DNA from: a virus
Lineage: Duplodnaviria; Caudoviricetes
DNA: 27,521 nucleotides
Reading direction: 5' to 3' (one strand)
Virus record (IMG/VR): IMGVR_UViG_3300025018_000471
Coordinates: 1 to 27,521 of that record
Made by a program: the position numbers and the translations under genes
The notes under the pieces: model-generated
The model's database searches: none
Told to the model about the DNA's origin: nothing
The model's input: the letters and a program-made list of their open reading frames with translations, nothing else
Part shown: positions 15,228 through 21,802 of the stretch, in pieces
How the letters are laid out: every line of letters starts with the position of its first letter
Numbering within the stretch: the first letter of the stretch is position 1

Positions 15228-16175
15228 TTAATTCCCTTTAAACACGCGGTATCTGGTCTCTAGTTCTCGGTTAGTCATCATCGTATAGATTGATGAGCTG
15301 GCAACTGTTGCATGGCCGAGGATGTTCATTACATCGGCCGTAGAACCTCCCTGGTGAATAATGTCATGGCCCATGTGATGACGGAAGCTGTGCGCATTCA
15401 TGTAAGGTATTTGAGCGCGATTAGAATAGCGCCTTAACATTTCACCAAGCCCTTTAATTGTAAATCGCTTACCGGCTTTATCCCCGGCAATGGACACAAA
15501 AAGAGCCTCAGGCTCTTCAAAGATAGTCTTTTTATTTAGCTCATTTCTTTTCTTCATCCAACTAATCAGATGATTATTTGTTTCTTCAGTCCAGAAAATT
15601 TCTCTAAACGGCCTGCTGCCGCGATTCTTTTCTGTTCTGATTAAAGCCTTTTTATTTTCAGTATCGATGTCGCTTATTTCAAGCGCACAGACCTCTCCAT
15701 TTCTTGCCCCAGTATCCCAGAGTAAATTGACGATGGCCAGATTCCTAATGTGACGAGGATCTCTACTCTCGGCCGGAATAAAATTCACTAGCTTCTGATA
15801 GTTTTCTTCATCGGCCACCCGAGGAATCTTATACTGCTTTCGCGGTATCGGAATCAGTTCCTCGTTTAGAGTTGTAAATCCGCGCAGGCGCATAAACTCA
15901 AAGAATTTTCTAAGTGCCATGCACCGCGGAAGTAGACTGTTTTGATCCCAGCCCAGCTCAACGATTCCATTTAGATAATCCATTACATCAGTAATGGTTA
16001 TTCTGATGATTTCCGGATTACGGAGAAAGAGGCAAAAATTACGCAGCTCCCGATCATAACCCTTAACTGTGTTCCCTTTCACTTTAAAGCGGCGCCAATT
16101 AGAAAACTCATTGATCGCCTCTTTCATGGTAAGCGGCACGACGATGCGGCCGACTTCTTGTTTCGGTTTTAACAT
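15228..16175 (-). CDS. Tyrosine recombinase, XerC/D-like integrase
   Basis: SAM-like core-binding N-domain; catalytic R (TGARNGE), K (TEK), HSFRH, LGH and Y (SIY). No arm-binding domain. True start may be MKEAINEF at 16127. Confidence 0.93.
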   Translation of the reverse strand: MLKPKQEVGRIVVPLTMKEAINEFSNWRRFKVKGNTVKGYDRELRNFCLFLRNPEIIRITITDVMDYLNGIVELGWDQNSLLPRCMALRKFFEFMRLRGFTTLNEELIPIPRKQYKIPRVADEENYQKLVNFIPAESRDPRHIRNLAIVNLLWDTGARNGEVCALEISDIDTENKKALIRTEKNRGSRPFREIFWTEETNNHLISWMKKRNELNKKTIFEEPEALFVSIAGDKAGKRFTIKGLGEMLRRYSNRAQIPYMNAHSFRHHMGHDIIHQGGSTADVMNILGHATVASSSIYTMMTNRELETRYRVFKGN

Positions 16176-16359
16176 AACCCCACGGGCGAGAGTCAGAAAG
16201 CATGGAAAAATAACTCTCGTTATATTATAATTAAATTAACCAGGTTAGGAGTTAACGCTCCTGGCTCTGGCCAGAGAGCGGCCCCACGGTCGCTCTCGTT
16301 TTGTTTTAGCTTATTGCTAAACGCTATATCTAATCATTAAAATGAATAGCGGTCAAGTG

Positions 16360-16388
16360 CTGACTTGATTTTTTTAATTAGGTATGGT
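16360..16388 (+). promoter_or_regulatory. Putative promoter of the plus-strand moron pair
   Basis: CTGACT-17 bp-TATGGT upstream of the ATG at 16419. Confidence 0.4.
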
Positions 16389-16418
16389 AAAAAAATGATA
16401 TATAAATTAAGCAAATAT

Positions 16419-16688
16419 ATGTCAGATTTAAAATTAGATATTGCTGGCTTTCTTGGTGCTGGTGGTAAATTAATCATTGAAGATGAATTTTTAAAATATA
16501 AACACCCATACGGAAAAAGGTTTAGCGTAAGATTAAATGATGTTGATACTGTTTCTACTGACGCTCTCCGCGGAGGAAAAGCCAAATTAAAAATTATAGG
16601 AAAAGGAACTGTTCTCGCTGAAATAGATATGCCGATTCCCTGGGCTGAAAAATGTCAAAAATGGATTTTAAATAATTTAAAAAAATAA
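16419..16688 (+). CDS. Small PH-like-fold hypothetical protein (moron)
   Basis: 89 aa from an ATATG start. Beta-strand series (LIIEDEFLKYK, FSVRLNDVDTVS, AKLKIIG) ending in a helix, as in bacterial PH domains. Confidence 0.6.
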   Translation: MSDLKLDIAGFLGAGGKLIIEDEFLKYKHPYGKRFSVRLNDVDTVSTDALRGGKAKLKIIGKGTVLAEIDMPIPWAEKCQKWILNNLKK

Positions 16689-16698
16689 ACTAAGCAAT

Positions 16699-17208
16699 AT
16701 GGAACAAAAAAAATACTGGGTGCAGCGACACCCTATATGGACCGCAATAATAGTTATCATCGGGCTACCGATGTTAATTTCAGCTATTGGAGATTCAACG
16801 GATGGTGGCAGTAATATTAACACTTCAAGTAATCAGTCAGCCGTTTCTGCGGCCCCAGAACCAGTAAAAGAAAGAGTTGTTATCCCAGTAGAAATAGTAT
16901 CATCAAAAATAACACCTGACTCTATTGGCACACCGATTCTTCATGTTACGGTAAAAAATAATAGTAAAAAGACAATTGATGCCATGACTATTATGACTAG
17001 TTTTACTAATAATTACGATGAACCAGTAGGAAAATGGGGAATGAAAGAAAAAGATTATTTTGCTGGTCTGGTTCAAGATGAAATATCCCCCAACGAAACT
17101 TATTCTTCAGAATGGAATTTAGCTGTATATGATACAGCAACTAAAGCGACAGGAACCGAAGTCTATAAAGTTCACTTCACTGACGGTGAGACATTATTAG
17201 TTGAATAA
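16699..17208 (+). CDS. Membrane-anchored extracytoplasmic Ig-like protein (moron; possible superinfection exclusion)
   Basis: N-terminal TM helix, Ser/Thr linker, beta-sandwich pattern VTVKNNSKKTI...ISPNET...VHFTDG. Confidence 0.7.
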   Translation: MEQKKYWVQRHPIWTAIIVIIGLPMLISAIGDSTDGGSNINTSSNQSAVSAAPEPVKERVVIPVEIVSSKITPDSIGTPILHVTVKNNSKKTIDAMTIMTSFTNNYDEPVGKWGMKEKDYFAGLVQDEISPNETYSSEWNLAVYDTATKATGTEVYKVHFTDGETLLVE

Positions 17209-17214
17209 ATATAC

Positions 17215-17248
17215 AAAAAACACCGACCTTGACGGCCGGTGTTTTTTT
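17215..17248. terminator. Bidirectional intrinsic terminator between convergent genes
   Basis: A6-CACCGACC-TTGAC-GGCCGGTG-T7. Confidence 0.85.
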
Positions 17249-17268
17249 ATTTGGCAGAAATAAGCGAG

Positions 17269-18294
17269 CTAACTGGCTTTTATCGAGACTGCTTTTGCAA
17301 TCTTGAACTTGGCAAATTCTGCCGGGGCCAGCTCAATGATCTTCGCGGACTCAAAGTCTTTCTTGTATGTATCGTAAGTAGTCGCGAATGTGATTAATAT
17401 ATCACCAGCGGCCACATACAAGGCCGGCTTACCCTGCTCTTTATAGATAATCATAGATATTTTATTTAACAATTTAGTAGTATTAACTTCAACTACGCCC
17501 TTAATTGCAGCGGCAATTTTATAATCCCAAGCCAGGCGTTTAGCAAATGGATTATAGTGATCAAAATCTTTAAGCTCTTTTTTATCGATGTAACCATCAA
17601 CTAAGGTTGAGTGGCCAGCTCCAGCGCTGCAAGCTTTAATAATCTCAGTCGTATTCCAAGGCGAGCATACTGGGGCAGCTATCTGAAGCGGAGCCTGCTT
17701 GGCATGGTATTTCAAACTCTCTCGATCGGTTGAAACCCATTCATAGGCAAACTGAAGAACATTCTTTACTTTCTTAGCCTTTTCTTTTAGCTCATCGGTA
17801 ACGACTTTTTTATCCATCCAATCTTCCCATTCCCACGGAGTCCGGTCGTCTAGCTTAGCTGGCAGGTCTTTCTCTGGAAGTAAGCCATCTACCCGGATAC
17901 TTTCCCAAACGGCGTTTAGGTAGTTGCCTTGCTTCGTGGTATTACTCATAATCGCTGTAAAGCGGTCTGAGGCGTTAAATTTGCCGTTCTCGTCGAAGAA
18001 ACCGAGGTCTTTGAGGTATTGAAGCCCATCGCCCTTTAAAAGGCCTTTTTCAACCAAATATGACACTTGCTCTTCGATGCTATTGAGGGCTGCGAATGTC
18101 ACGCAGCTCATAGTATCAAAGTAAACACCAATCTGCTTTTCTTCAGTCGGACGATATTTATTATGCCATTGGCCATCTTTGAGACGCTCAGTATAAATCA
18201 CGGCCGAAACTGCGCCAGCGATATAGTCGCCAGGCTTCGGAGCGGCTATTAATACGCCGGTATTTATTCCTTTTCGCAATGTTTTTGTCTTCAT
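17269..18294 (-). CDS. Papain-like cysteine peptidase in the endolysin position
   Basis: EKQ (oxyanion Gln), TMSCVTFA (Cys), AGHSTL (His), FDHY (Asp), plus a separate C-terminal ~60-aa domain. Last gene of the late operon. Confidence 0.75.
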   Translation of the reverse strand: MKTKTLRKGINTGVLIAAPKPGDYIAGAVSAVIYTERLKDGQWHNKYRPTEEKQIGVYFDTMSCVTFAALNSIEEQVSYLVEKGLLKGDGLQYLKDLGFFDENGKFNASDRFTAIMSNTTKQGNYLNAVWESIRVDGLLPEKDLPAKLDDRTPWEWEDWMDKKVVTDELKEKAKKVKNVLQFAYEWVSTDRESLKYHAKQAPLQIAAPVCSPWNTTEIIKACSAGAGHSTLVDGYIDKKELKDFDHYNPFAKRLAWDYKIAAAIKGVVEVNTTKLLNKISMIIYKEQGKPALYVAAGDILITFATTYDTYKKDFESAKIIELAPAEFAKFKIAKAVSIKAS

Positions 18295-18320
18295 ATTGAT
18301 TTAAAAATTATTAAAATTAA

Positions 18321-18341
18321 GGGGAGATTTAGGCTCTCCCC
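18321..18341 (-). terminator. Hairpin / weak terminator between HNH and peptidase genes
   Basis: GGGGAGA/UCUCCCC stem followed by UUAAUUUU. Confidence 0.5.
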
Positions 18342-18345
18342 GGGC

Positions 18346-18570
18346 CTATTGGAGTATCCGCCTGAAGCGCCGACTACTTTTCATTGCCCGGACTCTTTCT
18401 AAAAGTTCAATGATCTCATTTAGAGTTAGGTTCTTGAAAAGAAAATGCCAGGCGTTGTGGCGTTCGATGTCCATGACTAAGAGATTACTCTCTAAACTAT
18501 CGCCGCCCCTGGACCGAGGACGAAGATGGTGGCGGTTTTTGTCACCCGCCCTTTTCCAGGTTTTTCCCAT
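18346..18570 (-). CDS. Minimal HNH-motif protein
   Basis: NRHHLRPRSRGG...NLL...HNAWH. Confidence 0.75.
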   Translation of the reverse strand: MGKTWKRAGDKNRHHLRPRSRGGDSLESNLLVMDIERHNAWHFLFKNLTLNEIIELLERVRAMKSSRRFRRILQ

Positions 18571-18600
18571 GACTGACCTTTTTTATAATGAACTATTATT

Positions 18601-18696
18601 TTATTTGCTTAATTGAATAACCATACTAACAACCCATACTCCCAGACAAGCCAGTAAAAAATAAATTGCTTTAAAAATAAAGGATATTATTTTCAT
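18601..18696 (-). CDS. 31-aa single-TM peptide (holin-like position)
   Basis: Hand translation MKIISFIFKAIYFLLACLGVWVVSMVIQLSK; starts 3 nt after the RBP stop with ATATG context. Confidence 0.55.
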   Translation of the reverse strand: MKIISFIFKAIYFLLACLGVWVVSMVIQLSK

Positions 18697-18699
18697 ATA

Positions 18700-19707
18700 T
18701 CATGCTATTAACTGATAAATTAATATCTTAGTAGCCGAGACTGCTCTGCCAATTTTTACAGAAGTTGATCCCGGTGTTGATTGTATTTCTCCCGCAGTAT
18801 TTGATAAATAATAGGTGGCTCCAATTGTCAGACCACTAAAACCATCAATCACTCCACAAAACTTAACTTTTGCAACATCCCCAGCATTAACCGTTTTTTT
18901 AACCATTCCAACATAATTAACCAATGTTGCATCATTAGCCTTTGCCTTGTGAATTTTTCCCGCTTCAGTTGTTGCCGATGTATAGTTAAATATAACTGGA
19001 AATAAATTTCTCCGTGATGATGTCGCTACCTGCCAAGCAGATCCGTCCCAATAATATGATTTACAATCTGCATTCCAACTTTCTGAACCGTCGGAATGTC
19101 CGACAGACATTATTTTTAATCTCAATCCGTTAGCAAATAAATCCATAACAACCGCATATCTGTTTCCTGGGATTAATCCTGAACAAGGTATATTTACGTT
19201 TGGCGCACCACCTGAATAAGTTATTGCAACTTGCGCTGAAGTATATAGAGCTGATCCTGTTGGCTTTCCATCAGCATCGGCGTTAAATAATGCAACAGTA
19301 AATCTTGCATTGTCAGGAGTTCCATTTGTATAAATTTTTAATCCAGACACCGATACAGACTTTAAATTATATCCATTTGTTGGCATTAAAAATGAAGTGC
19401 TAATTTTGTGATCAGCATAATCCCATGACCAATAGTATGTGTTATCGGATGTTCCAGAGCTAATATTTGCTGCAGCTTCTGGTAAACCGGTCCCGATTAT
19501 AACAGGAATAGGTGTTGTCACAACTAGATTCTCGCCAACTATCATTGGAAAGTATTCCATTGGATTATTACCGAACTCATCAAGCCTGAGTAAATTAAAT
19601 GCTTCATTAACTAGCGCTGAATCGACATTATCAGGATCTATACTATTTGCATTTTCAGCATTCCATGGTTCATCAGGTTGCCATCCTTTATATTTTGTTA
19701 AACCCAT
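18700..19707 (-). CDS. Putative receptor-binding / tail fibre protein
   Basis: Last tail gene. Aromatic beta-rich middle domain; conserved-looking C-terminus GFSGLTIGATYYLSNTAGEI...IGRAVSATKILI. Confidence 0.7.
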   Translation of the reverse strand: MGLTKYKGWQPDEPWNAENANSIDPDNVDSALVNEAFNLLRLDEFGNNPMEYFPMIVGENLVVTTPIPVIIGTGLPEAAANISSGTSDNTYYWSWDYADHKISTSFLMPTNGYNLKSVSVSGLKIYTNGTPDNARFTVALFNADADGKPTGSALYTSAQVAITYSGGAPNVNIPCSGLIPGNRYAVVMDLFANGLRLKIMSVGHSDGSESWNADCKSYYWDGSAWQVATSSRRNLFPVIFNYTSATTEAGKIHKAKANDATLVNYVGMVKKTVNAGDVAKVKFCGVIDGFSGLTIGATYYLSNTAGEIQSTPGSTSVKIGRAVSATKILIYQLIA

Positions 19708-19713
19708 ATATTT

Positions 19714-20295
19714 TTAAGCGTTATTTATATGATATTCGCACGAGACAAAAAGGCTCTGCGGAGCTGTCTTCGCCCATCCCCCAGTCGCAATATAGCTATG
19801 CAAAGTACCAGTATCAGCCGATGCTGTGCCATCAATTACATTTCCAAACTCTGTCGCAGTTCCAGTGAATTCACCGGCAGCAAAGAAAAAATCTATATAG
19901 GCAATATTGCCGTCATTAGAATGACTGCTATAAAGTTTGCGATATTGTTCGCTCACCAGTTGAGTTGCTCCAGGCACAACATTCGGAGTACCGGTTCCGA
20001 GCAATCCGTAATTAATTACCGGGACAGTTGCTCTCTGGCCGGCTAGTGACTTAGCATATTCAGCAAGCCCAGCATCAACTATTATGTTGTGTTTCTCGTC
20101 TTCTGCTAATATCTTTTTTGATTTTAAAAGTGGATCTATTTTACTGCGATCCTTTCCTTTGGATTTTATAAATTCCCGGATAGCCGCGATCTCTGGACCA
20201 TTCTCTTTAACCCCTTGAGCTAAGGAAAATGTCCGGATATTTACAGAAACCTTTTCGTCAGTTTTTGATTCTTTTTTTATTATTTTTTCTGGCAT
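19714..20295 (-). CDS. Tail-collar / baseplate fibre-anchoring protein
   Basis: HNIIVDAG...INYGLLGTG...LVSEQYRK...TATEFG pattern of tail-collar-like proteins; position in tail module. Confidence 0.65.
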   Translation of the reverse strand: MPEKIIKKESKTDEKVSVNIRTFSLAQGVKENGPEIAAIREFIKSKGKDRSKIDPLLKSKKILAEDEKHNIIVDAGLAEYAKSLAGQRATVPVINYGLLGTGTPNVVPGATQLVSEQYRKLYSSHSNDGNIAYIDFFFAAGEFTGTATEFGNVIDGTASADTGTLHSYIATGGWAKTAPQSLFVSCEYHINNA

Positions 20296-20299
20296 ATTT

Positions 20300-21802
20300 T
20301 TAATATAACTTTAAAGAATTATCTAATAGTCCGACTCTCTTCGGATCACTGGCCGAGGTCGGAACATAAGGTCCAAGCACCCAGATTGGTTCAACCCCGG
20401 CACCGAGCGGGTCTTTATGAATAGTCTCGTCAGATTCTAAATCAACCTGATCTAAATACGGAGCGACTTTCCGAATAAGTTCTGCGACTTCGATGTCTAA
20501 TAGGTCTGTAAATAATGGTTCCGCTATTATGCTTTCATCTATATCATTCTGTTTTGGTGCGGCTAATTTTTGAAGCAATTCTATTAACTGAAGCTTGTTG
20601 GTTGTAATTGCACTGACTTCATAATAAAAACTATCTGGACTCAATGCGCGAAAAGTAACACGATTTATAACATAATTATCAGAAGAATCTCGCTTGTCGC
20701 TAGTAAGATTAATAACCATCCCAGCTCTTATTCCGCTACTATATGTTTCAAAATTTATTTCATTGCTGCCGTATTGATAAGCTAAAATCTCAGCCTTAGC
20801 CCGCTTCCTGGCGGTCGCCATATCTATAATAGTTGCATCATTTATAATTTTTTCTTTAAGCCCAAACTGACTGACACTACCGGAATTAGTAACAACCACT
20901 TTAATTGGCACTTTTGGATTTCCGCTATATCTAATTTTGTCGCCATCAGCTAAAACTGATGGGAATTTTATTTGCTTTTCTTGGAAATTTTGTAGACAAT
21001 CGTGGGTGCTAAAAGTATCATCAAAATCCTGTCCAACAGTCTTGGAAACATAACCTGCGCCAATATCTAATTCTATTGTTAAATTGCTAAATTTATAAGG
21101 CAAATTAAATATAGCGGTATCATTTCCTTGTACCGTAATGACTCCAGTATAGGTGTCACCGTCCCCCTCTCCACCCCTCACCTTAACCTGGTTGACTATT
21201 TGGGTACCATCAATATTGCGTGTTAAAGTTTCTGCAATATAGTTGCCACTAGTATCGGTAAGATCATATGGAGCAGAGTTGGTCATTTTTGGGAAGAAGT
21301 GAATGTCCTTATCTTCATCAACATACCAGTCATATTTCACTATCTCAGCCAATTTTTTAATACAGTCAGTTATTGATATTTCATTGAATGCAATTTTTGT
21401 GACTGCAAAATTGGAAAATACATTAGTTGTGGTAAACGCAGGCGCGTAATTTGAAATTATGTCGATAATAATTTCTCCAATGGTTTGGCTTTCATAGGCT
21501 TGAGCCACAAGAATTCCACCAAGCATCGCTCCATAATCAGTCGCGGTGACTCTAAAAATTAAACCGTTAGCTCCGCTGATATTACTTTCCTCGATATTCA
21601 TGATATAGCCACCAAAAATTTTATTCGCTCCCTCAAAAATTTCAACCTCATCATTAATCGCTGGGGTATAAGTCCTATCTCCATACTTGCGATATTCAAA
21701 ACGAGCAGTATCAACCTCATTCGTTATTGCTTGTTCAACCTCAAAATCCTCCCAGCTGAGCTGGTCCGACATGTCTATGCTGTTTATTAATACCTGGATC
21801 AT
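20300..21802 (-). CDS. Tail tip / baseplate hub protein
   Basis: Follows the TMP with ATGA overlap. Motifs IKKLAEIVKYDWYVDEDKDIHFF, IVNQVKVRGG and SVSQFGLKE. Confidence 0.78.
   Translation of the reverse strand: MIQVLINSIDMSDQLSWEDFEVEQAITNEVDTARFEYRKYGDRTYTPAINDEVEIFEGANKIFGGYIMNIEESNISGANGLIFRVTATDYGAMLGGILVAQAYESQTIGEIIIDIISNYAPAFTTTNVFSNFAVTKIAFNEISITDCIKKLAEIVKYDWYVDEDKDIHFFPKMTNSAPYDLTDTSGNYIAETLTRNIDGTQIVNQVKVRGGEGDGDTYTGVITVQGNDTAIFNLPYKFSNLTIELDIGAGYVSKTVGQDFDDTFSTHDCLQNFQEKQIKFPSVLADGDKIRYSGNPKVPIKVVVTNSGSVSQFGLKEKIINDATIIDMATARKRAKAEILAYQYGSNEINFETYSSGIRAGMVINLTSDKRDSSDNYVINRVTFRALSPDSFYYEVSAITTNKLQLIELLQKLAAPKQNDIDESIIAEPLFTDLLDIEVAELIRKVAPYLDQVDLESDETIHKDPLGAGVEPIWVLGPYVPTSASDPKRVGLLDNSLKLY

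Noticed and set aside
16176-16360. tRNA-derived att core or dif site near the recombinase
   Set aside because: No GTTCGA T-arm or CCA end and no convincing 11-6-11 dif-like sequence found by eye.
18700-19707. Diversity-generating retroelement targeting the RBP
   Set aside because: No reverse transcriptase and no template/variable repeat pair seen in the window.
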